A DNA stretch of 64,000 bases from Deltaproteobacteria bacterium (GTDB lineage: Bacteria > Myxococcota > Myxococcia > Myxococcales > 40CM-4-68-19): positions 6,226 to 70,225 of the forward strand of contig JAYWBT010000114.1 in NCBI GenBank assembly GCA_043781235.1, written 5' to 3'. A program made the position numbers and the translations under genes. This document shows positions 44,753 to 53,352 of this stretch, piece by piece. Below the pieces are notes generated by a model. It was not told where the DNA came from, made no database searches, and saw only the letters and a program-made list of their open reading frames with translations. Position 1 is the first letter of the stretch. Every line of letters begins with the position of its first letter.

Positions 44753-47407
44753 ATGCGCGAGCCGCAGCCGACCGCCCCGCCGACCGCCCTGCCGACCGCG
44801 ACCTCCGACAGCGGCGAGCCCTCGGCGCCGGCCCCGACACCCACCGGCGCGCTGCCCTCCTCGCCGGCTCAAACCACCACCGCGCCCGCCGAAGGCGCGC
44901 ATTCGTTCGTCGCCGTGCGCAGCTCGTACGGCCCGTTCGCGCGCTTCGTCCTGAACGCCCTCTTCCACCCGGTCGCCTTCCCGCCGGAGGCGGTCGAGCC
45001 GCTCCGCAAGCTCTCCGAGCGCGCCACGCTAGTCTACGTCCTGCGCTCGTCGGCGCTGTTGCACCTGCTCTTCTTCAACTGGACCTTCGCGCGGCTGGGC
45101 CTACCGCTCGCGCGCGCCGCAACCGGGCTCGGCTACCGCATCTTCTCTCCCTTCGCGCGCTGGTATTTGGGCGGATCGCAGGTGAAGGCGCCGGCGGGCG
45201 CGACTGAGCAGGTCATCAAAGCGGTGCGGCAGGGAGAGGCGGCGCTGGTCTTTTTGCGCATGCCGCGCACGCTGCCGTCGGCGATCGCGCAGATCGCCGA
45301 TCCTTTCCCCGCGCTGGTGGCGCTGCAGCGCGAGCAACCAGACAAGCCCATCGCGCTGGTGCCGCTGACCTTCCTCTGGCGCAAGCGGCCCCGCCAATTG
45401 CGCGGCGGCGTGCGCGACCTGCTCTTCGGCGATCCCGAGGAGCCCGGCGCCATCCGCTCGGCGATCGGCTTTTTGCTCAACCGCAAGAGCGCGTTCGTCA
45501 AGGTGGGCGAGCCGGTCGAGCTGCACGGCGTCAACGCCATGCAGCCCGGCGCCGAGCCCGCGAGAGTGGCGCGCCGCGTGCGCGGCTTCCTCCACCAGCA
45601 CCTCGCGCGCGAGACCCGCGTCGTCACCGGCCCGCCGCTCAAGCCGCCCGATCGCGTGATCGAGGAGACCCTGCGCGACCTGACGCTGCGGCGTACGCTT
45701 TTGGAGATCGCGCGCGAGCGTGGGCGCGCCGACGGCTCGGTCGAGCGCGAGGCGCGGCGCGACCTGCGCGAGATCGCCGCGCGCTACAGCCCGGTCGCCA
45801 TCGACTTCCTCAAGCGGCTGCTGCACGTCATCTTCAACCGCATCTACGACGGCATCGACGTGGACGAGGCCGGCATGCGGCGGCTGGTGGATGCGAGCGC
45901 GAAGGCGCCGCTCATCCTTTGTCCGTGCCACAAGAGCCACATCGACTACATGATCCTGTCGATGATCTGCGACGACTACGGCCTGCAGCCGCCGCACGTC
46001 GCCGCCGGCGACAACCTCAACTTCTTCCCGGTCGGGCGCCTGCTGCGCGCGGGCGGCGCGTTCTTCATCCGGCGCAGCTTCAAAGGCGACCGCGTCTACC
46101 AGGCCACCATGGCCGCCTACGTGAAGAAGCTCTTGCGCGATGGCTTCACCCAGGAGTTCTTCGTCGAGGGCGGACGCTCGCGCACCGGAAAGATGCTGCC
46201 GCCCAAGTTCGGCATGCTCGCGCTCGAGGTGGACGCGTGGCTGACCGGCGTGCGGCCCGACGTCTTCTTCGCGCCCATCTCCATCTCCTACGAGAAGATC
46301 GCCGAGGCGCGCAGCTACCAGCGCGAGCTGCTCGGCGGCGAGAAGCAGAAGGAGGACGCCAAGGCGCTCCTCTCCGCGACCAGCGTGCTGCGCAGCCGCT
46401 ACGGGCGAATCACCATCCGCGTGGATGAGCCGATTTCACTGGCGCAGCTCTTCCGCGAGCGCGGCGTGGACCCCAGGGCGGCCAGCGCAGAGGAGAAGCG
46501 CAAGCTGGTGCAGGCGCTCGGCCTGCGCATCGCCGCCGGCATCAACCGCGCCACGCCGCTGGCGCCGATGGGCCTCGTCTGCGCGGTGCTGCTCTCGCAC
46601 GACCGGCGGGCGCTGTCGGAGGACGATCTCCTCGACCGCGTCGAGTTCCTCCACACCGCCGCGCTCGACCTGGGCGCACACCCGACGCCGTGGAAGCGCG
46701 AGCTGGTCCTGCACGCCGTCGAGTCGCTCGCCGCGGACGGCTCGCTCAAGCGCCACGAGGCGGGAGGGGAGCGCTTCTACTCGGTCCCCGAGGAGCGGCG
46801 GTTCGCGCTCGACTACCACAAGAACTCGATCCTTCATTTCCTGGTGGCGGCGGCCATCCTCGCCGATGCGCTGCGATCGTTTCACGGCCAGCCCGCGCCG
46901 CTCAGCGAATTTTTGCGCCGCGCCAAGGATCTCTCGCGCCTCCTCAAGTACGAGTTCATCTACGAGCCGGGCCGCAGCTTCGAGGCCACCGTCGACGAGA
47001 CCTTCGCGCGGATGCTGCAGTGGGGCGTGGCCGAGAAGAAGGAGGACTTCATCCTGCCCACGCCCGCGGGCGTGCGAATGGTCCAGCTCCTGAGCGAGTT
47101 GCTGCGGCCCTTCGGCGAGGGCGTCTGGGCCGCGGTCGACTCGCTGTCGCTGCTGGAAACGCCGCTCGAGCCGAAGGAGTGGCTGCGGCAAGCGCTCGAC
47201 CGCGGCCGCGCGGCGTACCTCGCGGGCCGCATCCTGCGCAACGAGTCGCTCTCGAAGGCGACGCTCGAGAACGCGCTCGCCATGCTTCGCGACCGCGGGG
47301 TGCTTCTGCCGCAGACCGAGTCGAAGACGATCGAGCTTTCGCCCGACTTCCGCGAGCCGGAGCGACTGTCGGCGCTGGCCGACGAGGTCGATCTCTTCCT
47401 GCGCTAG
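44753..47407 (+). CDS. plsB: Glycerol-3-phosphate acyltransferase PlsB
   Basis: CPCHKSHIDYMILS (HX4D), FFIRRSFKG, FFVEGGRSRTGK and PISISYEKI blocks are present, about 880 aa. The start is ATG 44753; the ORF-track extension to 44576 overlaps the previous gene. Confidence 0.9.
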   Translation: MREPQPTAPPTALPTATSDSGEPSAPAPTPTGALPSSPAQTTTAPAEGAHSFVAVRSSYGPFARFVLNALFHPVAFPPEAVEPLRKLSERATLVYVLRSSALLHLLFFNWTFARLGLPLARAATGLGYRIFSPFARWYLGGSQVKAPAGATEQVIKAVRQGEAALVFLRMPRTLPSAIAQIADPFPALVALQREQPDKPIALVPLTFLWRKRPRQLRGGVRDLLFGDPEEPGAIRSAIGFLLNRKSAFVKVGEPVELHGVNAMQPGAEPARVARRVRGFLHQHLARETRVVTGPPLKPPDRVIEETLRDLTLRRTLLEIARERGRADGSVEREARRDLREIAARYSPVAIDFLKRLLHVIFNRIYDGIDVDEAGMRRLVDASAKAPLILCPCHKSHIDYMILSMICDDYGLQPPHVAAGDNLNFFPVGRLLRAGGAFFIRRSFKGDRVYQATMAAYVKKLLRDGFTQEFFVEGGRSRTGKMLPPKFGMLALEVDAWLTGVRPDVFFAPISISYEKIAEARSYQRELLGGEKQKEDAKALLSATSVLRSRYGRITIRVDEPISLAQLFRERGVDPRAASAEEKRKLVQALGLRIAAGINRATPLAPMGLVCAVLLSHDRRALSEDDLLDRVEFLHTAALDLGAHPTPWKRELVLHAVESLAADGSLKRHEAGGERFYSVPEERRFALDYHKNSILHFLVAAAILADALRSFHGQPAPLSEFLRRAKDLSRLLKYEFIYEPGRSFEATVDETFARMLQWGVAEKKEDFILPTPAGVRMVQLLSELLRPFGEGVWAAVDSLSLLETPLEPKEWLRQALDRGRAAYLAGRILRNESLSKATLENALAMLRDRGVLLPQTESKTIELSPDFREPERLSALADEVDLFLR

Positions 47408-47413
47408 TCGCGA

Positions 47414-47620
47414 TCAGGGATTGAGCGGAGCCTGCGCCCGATACGGCGGGTGCAGCCAGATCACCGAGACGGGCCCGAAGGCCGCGCGCGGATCGATCAC
47501 GCCATCGCCGACGCTCTCCCAGTATGATCTCTGCTGGTGCTGCTGCGGCGCGTTGGCCGTGACGGAAGCGCAGCCGCTGAGCGCGGCGAGAAGGATGGGC
47601 AGGGGGAGGAAGCGTCGCAT
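47414..47620 (-). CDS. Small lipoprotein (68 aa)
   Basis: MRRFLPLPILLAALSGCAS is a canonical lipobox. No family recognised. Confidence 0.55.
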   Translation of the reverse strand: MRRFLPLPILLAALSGCASVTANAPQQHQQRSYWESVGDGVIDPRAAFGPVSVIWLHPPYRAQAPLNP

Positions 47621-47749
47621 GGTCTTCTCCTTTGCGAGCATTCGGAGCTTAACACCGATGTCAACGCCTGGCCAGAGGCCGACGATCTGACTTGAACCAC
47701 CTTTCTGCCGGCACTAGGCTCCGCGCCCGTTCCTCACAAGGAGAGCACC

Positions 47750-48679
47750 ATGGAAGTTTCGGCGCGCGTCCGCGAGATCCTCAGCTGGTACCCCTCCGAT
47801 TCCCCGGGCGTGAAAACCAACCTCGCCCGGATGCTCAACCACGGGCGGCTCGCGGGCACCGGCAAGATGGTGATCCTGCCGGTCGATCAGGGCTTCGAGC
47901 ACGGCCCGGTGCGGTCGTTCCAGCCCAATCCATCGGGATATGATCCGGCCTATCACATCCAGCTCGCCATCGACGCGGGTTGCAATGCCTACGCGGCTCC
48001 GCTCGGCGCGCTCGAGGCGGTGGCGGGCAACTTCGCCGGCCAGATGCCGACGATCCTCAAGCTCAACAACAGCGACACGCTCTCGAAGGGCCACTCGCCC
48101 GAGTCGGCGATCACCGGATCGGTCAAGGACGCCGTGCGGCTCGGCTGCTCTGCCATCGGCTACACCATCTATCCCGGGTCAGCAGCGCGCAATCATATGT
48201 ACGAAGAGCTTCGCGAATTGATCGCCGAGGCGAAAGAGGCCGGCCTCGCGAGCGTGGTGTGGAGCTATCCGCGCGGCGAAGGCATTACCGACAAGGCCGG
48301 TGAAACTGCGGTAGACGTCGCGGGATATGCGGCCCATATCGCCTGCCAGTTGGGCGCGCACGTGGTTAAGGTAAAGCCGCCGGCCGAGGCGCTCTTCCAG
48401 CCCGAGAACAAGAAGGTCTTCGAGAAGTTCAACATCCCAATCAAGACCATGTCCGACCGCGTGCGACACGTGGTGCAGGCTTGCTTCGCCGGCAAGCGCA
48501 TCGTCATCTTCTCGGGCGGCGAGGCCAAGGGCTCCGACGAGATCCTGCAGGAGGTGCGCGGTTTGCGCGACGGCGGCGCCTTCGGCTCGATCATGGGCCG
48601 CAACTCTTTCCAGCGCCCGCACGACGAGGCGGTCAAGCTGCTGCGCGACGTAATGGATATCTTCGCCGGGAAGAATTAG
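47750..48679 (+). CDS. fbaB: Class I fructose-bisphosphate aldolase (DhnA/FbaB type)
   Basis: GRLAGTGKMVILPVDQGFEHGP and LKLNNSDTL resemble E. coli FbaB blocks. An AGGAG RBS and a candidate promoter TTGAAC-N17-TAGGCT (47692..47720) lie upstream. Confidence 0.85.
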   Translation: MEVSARVREILSWYPSDSPGVKTNLARMLNHGRLAGTGKMVILPVDQGFEHGPVRSFQPNPSGYDPAYHIQLAIDAGCNAYAAPLGALEAVAGNFAGQMPTILKLNNSDTLSKGHSPESAITGSVKDAVRLGCSAIGYTIYPGSAARNHMYEELRELIAEAKEAGLASVVWSYPRGEGITDKAGETAVDVAGYAAHIACQLGAHVVKVKPPAEALFQPENKKVFEKFNIPIKTMSDRVRHVVQACFAGKRIVIFSGGEAKGSDEILQEVRGLRDGGAFGSIMGRNSFQRPHDEAVKLLRDVMDIFAGKN

Positions 48680-48689
48680 GGCCCCCCGG

Positions 48690-48977
48690 CTAAGGCCCGG
48701 TCTCCGGCGAAGGCTCGCAGGTCTCGATGAGCACGTCCGCGTCGAGCGCGTGCATCGCGGCTAGCCAGAAATGCGGGAGATACATCGGCACTGTGCGAGC
48801 CAAGCGCGCGATACGGCGCCGCAACCCGGCGTCCTCCCCGGCGAGCGCATAGAGCGCCCGCCAGTCCTGCAGGGCTCCGCGGTCCAGGATCTGCGCCAGC
48901 ATCTCGTCGCTGCGCAGGTCGAATCGATCGCGATTCCAAAGGGCGCCCGAGCGCGCGAGCACGTCGAGGGGGTTCAC
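48690..48977 (-). CDS. Small protein (95 aa) coupled to the nucleotidyltransferase gene; candidate partner or antitoxin-like
   Basis: Its GTG 48977 overlaps the upstream TGA (GTGA). The sequence VNPLDVLARSGALWNRDRFDLRSDEMLAQILDRGALQDWRALYAL resembles, by my recollection only, a W/FWDvd...iI.RvL.rG...dw motif seen near NTase genes. Confidence 0.45.
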   Translation of the reverse strand: MNPLDVLARSGALWNRDRFDLRSDEMLAQILDRGALQDWRALYALAGEDAGLRRRIARLARTVPMYLPHFWLAAMHALDADVLIETCEPSPETGP

Positions 48978-49654
48978 TTGGCCTCTCCAAGCAGAGCCGC
49001 GGCGAGGCGCGCAGCGTGGGCGCGGCCGACGCCAGTCACATGCGACCAGTCGTTCCACGGCGCGGCGAGGGCCTTGTACGACGCCAGATCGACGGAGGCG
49101 CGATCGCCGGGACGCGCCGAAGCGAGCCGCTCAACAAGCTCTGCGCGGACGGATGCGCCGCTGGGCTGCACATAAAGGACGTCGAGCTCCCGCAGGGCTT
49201 GGGCTGCGCCGCCCTCGCCCAAGCGCTCGAGCAGGACGGCCGTGTCGAGGTAGTCGCGGACGGTATTGCGCGTGACCAGGAGCCACGCCTTGATGCGGGC
49301 CATCTCTTCAAGCGTAGGAACGCGCAGGCCGTCGATCACCTCAGTCTCCAACGGCCGATTCCGGCGCAGTTGCCGGACGCCGGTCTGGATACCGTCGAGC
49401 GTGCCGAGAATGAGGACCGGTCGCTGAAGGCGAGCGGTGCTCCAACCTGCTTCCGCTTCGAGCTTCGCCAGCACCGCGTCGAATTGTCCTCGGAGGTCCG
49501 CCACCACATGGTCACCGTCGAGGCTCTGCCGGTGGTGTGCGTGGAGGGCTGCTGCGGTGCCTCCGACCAGGACGGCACTGGGGAGGAGCGCCTGCAAGTG
49601 CCGCTCGGCGGCCAACAGGCGCTCCCAGTCCGGCAACTCGTCGAAAGTCTGCAC
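48974..49654 (-). CDS. Nucleotidyltransferase, AbiEii/DUF1814-like (putative type IV TA toxin family)
   Basis: LVGGTAAALHAHHRQSLDGDHV resembles the GGTAL...R.S.D.D pol-beta NTase motif of AbiEii. 226 aa. The assignment was made by eye only. Confidence 0.5.
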   Translation of the reverse strand: MQTFDELPDWERLLAAERHLQALLPSAVLVGGTAAALHAHHRQSLDGDHVVADLRGQFDAVLAKLEAEAGWSTARLQRPVLILGTLDGIQTGVRQLRRNRPLETEVIDGLRVPTLEEMARIKAWLLVTRNTVRDYLDTAVLLERLGEGGAAQALRELDVLYVQPSGASVRAELVERLASARPGDRASVDLASYKALAAPWNDWSHVTGVGRAHAARLAAALLGEAK

Positions 49655-49714
49655 GCCTCGATTCTAGCGCGGGCGCGCGAAGCGGGCTCGCGCTCAGATT
49701 CAACTGGCCGCGCG

Positions 49715-50503
49715 TCAGGGCGCGGTGCCGCCGTCGGGGAGGAGGTCTGGCTCCGGCGGCGGGCGGACCGCTTCCCACTGCGCGGCCGTGGCCGAGAGCG
49801 CAACCTCGACCTGCTCGCCCACGCCTGCCGTCAGCTCCTGCGTGCACGGCTCGGCGACGCAGTCGAGCACGGGCTTTGCGACCGAGCCTTCATATTGCAC
49901 TTCCGGGCGCACCAGCCCCGCGCGGCAGGTGCGGCCGTGCGGAAGCCAGAGGACCGCGCGACCGTCGAGCAGCCCAGCGCGCGACTCCCACGATTCGATT
50001 GGAGCTGCGGGCGACGGAGCCGGACAGACCGCGCGCACCGCCACCGCCGCGCGTGGCGAGCCGGCCGGCCGCACCACGCGGACGCTCAGCCGGCCCGGCC
50101 GCTCGATGGTCGCAAGCCAGGTCGCGGGGTGGCGCGAGACGACCGTGGCGATCCCGTGCGCCTGCCCGGCGTGGAACCGCTCGGGCGGCGTCACCTCGCA
50201 GCGCCACGCGCCCTTGGCGAGCCCGGGCCACTTCGCCTCGCCGAAGACGTCGCTCTGCCCGGCATAGGTGGTCGCGCCGTCGGGAGAGGTGCAGCGCACG
50301 CGCGCCCCCTTGATCGGCTCGTGGGTATCGTCCCGCACGTGCACCACCAGCGGGCCCGGCATCTGAAAAAGGATCACCATGATGGCGAGCACGCCCGAGA
50401 AGGTGATGATCACCACCGCCGCCTCGATCTTCGCGATCCAGCGCCCGCTCCAGAACCACGGCGTGAACTCCTGCGGGCGCTGCGGGACGCGCGAATTCCT
50501 CAA
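49715..50503 (-). CDS. Membrane-anchored protein with CarboxypepD_reg-like beta-sandwich repeats
   Basis: An N-terminal TM helix (AAVVIITFSGVLAIMVILF) is followed by VVHVRDDTHEPIKGARVRCTSPDGAT-type segments. Its TTG start overlaps the queD stop (TTGA). Confidence 0.55.
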   Translation of the reverse strand: MRNSRVPQRPQEFTPWFWSGRWIAKIEAAVVIITFSGVLAIMVILFQMPGPLVVHVRDDTHEPIKGARVRCTSPDGATTYAGQSDVFGEAKWPGLAKGAWRCEVTPPERFHAGQAHGIATVVSRHPATWLATIERPGRLSVRVVRPAGSPRAAVAVRAVCPAPSPAAPIESWESRAGLLDGRAVLWLPHGRTCRAGLVRPEVQYEGSVAKPVLDCVAEPCTQELTAGVGEQVEVALSATAAQWEAVRPPPEPDLLPDGGTAP

Positions 50504-50874
50504 GGCACGAACTCGGCTCGATTGTTATCGGTCTCGAAGACTTCGACCTTGCAGATACGCACGCGCGTGTCGTCGAATCGCGCCGCCAGCTTCTCGCAGA
50601 GGACGCGCGCCAGCTCTTCCGCGGTGGGGTTCAGCCCCCCTTCCGTGAACGGCGCCACCTCGTTGATGTTCTGGTGATCGAAGCACTCGCACGCCTCGAC
50701 CGCAGCCTTCTTGAGCGCAGCGAAATCGATGACGTAGCTGGTTCGATCAAGCTCGCGCGCCTCGGCGTGCACCAGCACGCGGTAGTTATGGCCGTGCATC
50801 TTCTCGCACTCGGTCTCGGAGAGCCGGACCTGGTGCGCCGCACAGAACCAGAGCTGCTTGGACACTCGATACAT
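50500..50874 (-). CDS. queD: 6-carboxy-5,6,7,8-tetrahydropterin synthase
   Basis: 124 aa, with AAHQ...CEKMHGHNY (Cx3HGH Zn/catalytic motif) and FDHQNIN. Confidence 0.88.
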   Translation of the reverse strand: MYRVSKQLWFCAAHQVRLSETECEKMHGHNYRVLVHAEARELDRTSYVIDFAALKKAAVEACECFDHQNINEVAPFTEGGLNPTAEELARVLCEKLAARFDDTRVRICKVEVFETDNNRAEFVP

Positions 50875-50914
50875 CGCAGCGGTTGGTAGCGCTCCGCGGC
50901 TGCGGCTGCAAGCT

Positions 50915-51598
50915 TTACGCGGCCTCGTCCATCTTGCGGAGAAAGCCCCAGCGCACCAGGATCTGTTTGCCGTTCATCTCCAGCAGGCCGCGCCGGGTGA
51001 AGTCGTTCAGCGCGCGCGACACCGTCTCGCGAGAGGTGCCAATCAAGCCGGCCATCTCCTGCTGCGTCGGCCGCTCCTTGATGAGCAGCCCGCCGTCCAC
51101 CGCTTCGCCCTGCGTCTGCGCGAGATCGCGGATGGTGCGCGCCACGCGGGCGTAGACGTCGAGCAGCGCGAGGTTGCCGATCACCTCGTCGGCGTGGCGC
51201 AGCCGGCCCGACATCTCGGCGAGGATGGCGAGCGCCGTCGAAGGGTGCGCCGTGAGGTGCGTCTGGAAGGCGTCGCGGTCAAGCCCGAGCAGCTGCGACT
51301 CCTCCACCGCGACCACGTTGGCCGAGCGCGGCTGGCGGTCGAGCAGCGACATCTCGCCGAAGAAGTCGCCACCGCGCAGGATGCTGAGGATGATCTCGCG
51401 GCCGGTCTCGCCGTAGAGCACCACCTTCACCTTGCCGGAGGCGATGATGAAGAGCGCGTCGCCGGGCTCCTCGTGGCTGACGATGACCGAACCCGCCTCG
51501 GCGGTGCGCTGCCAGACGCGCTTGCTCAGGTCGGCGAGCGTCTCGGCGGGCAGCTCCCGAAAGATCGAGACCTGCCGCAGCAGCGCGATTGTGTCCAC
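50915..51598 (-). CDS. Crp/Fnr family transcriptional regulator
   Basis: A cNMP-binding fold (FIIASGKVKVVL...GDFFGEMSLLD) and a C-terminal HTH (QQEMAGLIGTSRETVSRALNDF). I prefer the start at GTG 51598. Confidence 0.88.
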   Translation of the reverse strand: MDTIALLRQVSIFRELPAETLADLSKRVWQRTAEAGSVIVSHEEPGDALFIIASGKVKVVLYGETGREIILSILRGGDFFGEMSLLDRQPRSANVVAVEESQLLGLDRDAFQTHLTAHPSTALAILAEMSGRLRHADEVIGNLALLDVYARVARTIRDLAQTQGEAVDGGLLIKERPTQQEMAGLIGTSRETVSRALNDFTRRGLLEMNGKQILVRWGFLRKMDEAA

Positions 51599-51633
51599 GA
51601 GCACCCCCGCGCGCAGTCTCGCGCACGGCTCGC

Positions 51634-51662
51634 TTGACCGCAAGGGCGCGCGCGCCTATCAG
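51634..51662 (+). promoter_or_regulatory. Candidate sigma-70 promoter of thiS (TTGACC-N17-TATCAG), implying a near-leaderless transcript
   Basis: Hexamers read directly. The -10 element ends 8 nt before ATG 51671. Confidence 0.35.
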
Positions 51663-51670
51663 GTCACCCG

Positions 51671-51871
51671 ATGCGCGTGACGGTCAACGGTGCCGAGCAG
51701 GAGCTGCCCGATGGGCTGACCATCGGCGCGCTGCTCGACCACCTGGGAGTGCGGCGCGAGCGCGTGGCCGTCGAGCGCAACGGCGCGGTGGTGAAGCGGG
51801 CGCTCCACGGCAAAGAGCTTCTTTCGGCCGGCGATGTGCTCGAGATCGTTTCGTTTGTGGGAGGCGGATAA
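51671..51871 (+). CDS. thiS: Sulfur carrier protein ThiS
   Basis: 66 aa with a ubiquitin-like fold pattern, ending in VGGG (C-terminal Gly-Gly). It lies directly upstream of thiG. Confidence 0.9.
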   Translation: MRVTVNGAEQELPDGLTIGALLDHLGVRRERVAVERNGAVVKRALHGKELLSAGDVLEIVSFVGGG

Positions 51872-51874
51872 AAC

Positions 51875-52657
51875 ATGGACGACCTGGTTCTCGGCGGACG
51901 GACCCTCAAGTCACGGCTCATCGTGGGCACCGGCAAATATCGCGATTTCCCCGGCATGAAGGCGGCGCTGCTCGCCTCGGGTGCGGACATGGTGACGGTC
52001 GCGGTGCGGCGGCTGGATCTCGCGGCGCGCGGCGAGGCGTCGCTCCTGCACTGGATCCCGGAGGGCATGACGCTCCTGCCCAACACCGCCGGCTGCTACA
52101 CCGCGGAGGACGCGGTGCGCACCTGCCGGCTCGCGCGCGAGCTGCAGCTCGGCGGGGAGAACCCCTTGGTGAAGCTCGAGGTGCTCTCCGATCCGAAGAC
52201 GCTGCTGCCCGACACCGAGGAGACCCTCAAGGCCGCGCGGCAGCTCATCAGCGAAGGCTTTCAAGTGCTGCCCTACACCAGCGATGATCCGGTGGCGGCG
52301 CGCAAGCTGGAGGAAGCGGGCTGCGCGGCGGTGATGCCGCTCGGCGCCCCCATAGGCAGCGGGCTCGGGCTGCGCAATCCGTACAATCTGATGATCATCC
52401 TCGAGCAGGCGAAGGTGCCGGTGATCGTCGACGCGGGCGTGGGGACCGCCAGCGACTGCGCCCTCTGCATGGAGCTGGGCGTCGCGGGCCTGCTGGTGAA
52501 CACCGCCATCAGCGGCGCGCGCGACCCGGTGGCGATGGCCACCGCGATGAAGCTCGCCACTGAGGCGGGACGGCTCGCGTTCCTCGCCGGCCGGATCCCG
52601 CGCAAGCTCTACGGGAGCGCCTCGAGCCCGATCGGCGGCGTCATCGGCAGCGCCTAG
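51875..52657 (+). CDS. thiG: Thiazole synthase ThiG
   Basis: Full-length ThiG-like sequence ([34 protein letters not shown]). Confidence 0.93.
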   Translation: MDDLVLGGRTLKSRLIVGTGKYRDFPGMKAALLASGADMVTVAVRRLDLAARGEASLLHWIPEGMTLLPNTAGCYTAEDAVRTCRLARELQLGGENPLVKLEVLSDPKTLLPDTEETLKAARQLISEGFQVLPYTSDDPVAARKLEEAGCAAVMPLGAPIGSGLGLRNPYNLMIILEQAKVPVIVDAGVGTASDCALCMELGVAGLLVNTAISGARDPVAMATAMKLATEAGRLAFLAGRIPRKLYGSASSPIGGVIGSA

Positions 52658-52764
52658 CACTGCAGGTCAGCTACGGCCAGGGCCGCAGGTCGGGAATCGC
52701 GTCCTCGCGGCAAGATGGGCGCATCGACCTCGTCGCCTGACAGGCTCGTGGTAGACGAAACTTC

Positions 52765-53352
52765 GTGGTGCGGATCTATCTGATTGTTGAAGTGGCGCAG
52801 CTTGCGGCGGCGCACGCGGCGCTCGCGGCGCTGCCGCGCGGGTCCGCGGCGATCCAGCTGCGCGACAAGCACGCTTCGGCGCGCGCGCTGCTCGAGGCGG
52901 CACACCGGCTGATCTCGTTCGCGCGGCCGCTCGGCGCGCCGGTGCTGATCAACGACCGCGCCGACGTGGCGCTTGCAGCCGGCGCTGACGGCGTGCACCT
53001 GCCCGCGAACAGCCTCTCGCCGCGCGACGCGCGCGCGCTGCTCGGGCCGCAGGCGCTGATCGGCTTCTCTTGCCACTCGGCCGACGACGCCGCGCGCGCC
53101 GAGGGCGCCAATTTCTGTGTCTTCGGTCCAGTCTTCCAGACGCCAGGAAAGGAGGCGCAGGGCCTCGCGGCGCTGTCGCGGGCCGCGCGCGCGACCGCGC
53201 TTCCTGTCCTCGCGCTTGGCGGCGTGGACGCGACCAACGCCACCGCCTGCATCGACGCGGGCGCGCGCGGTGCCGCCTGCATCCGCGCCGTGCTCGCAGC
53301 GCCCGATCCAGCGGCCGCCGCCATCGCGCTCTGGCAGGCGGTGAACGCGTGA
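52765..53352 (+). CDS. thiE: Thiamine-phosphate synthase ThiE
   Basis: IQLRDK, LINDRADVALAAGADGVHL, FGPVFQT and ALGG blocks are present. GTG start. Confidence 0.85.
   Translation: MVRIYLIVEVAQLAAAHAALAALPRGSAAIQLRDKHASARALLEAAHRLISFARPLGAPVLINDRADVALAAGADGVHLPANSLSPRDARALLGPQALIGFSCHSADDAARAEGANFCVFGPVFQTPGKEAQGLAALSRAARATALPVLALGGVDATNATACIDAGARGAACIRAVLAAPDPAAAAIALWQAVNA

Noticed and set aside
50730-50750. tRNA-like T-loop strings (GGTTCGATC; also GTTCGAGTCC near 8590).
   Set aside because: Both lie inside well-supported CDSs (queD and the lipoprotein gene), and no cloverleaf arms flank them. No tRNA genes are supported in the window.
51400-51670. A search for a TPP riboswitch (THI-box) upstream of thiS.
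   Set aside because: No CUGAGA or ACCUGAUCUGGAUAAUGCCAGCG-like elements are visible, and the intergenic space is only 72 nt. I report the absence as a finding that needs an Rfam scan, not as a feature.
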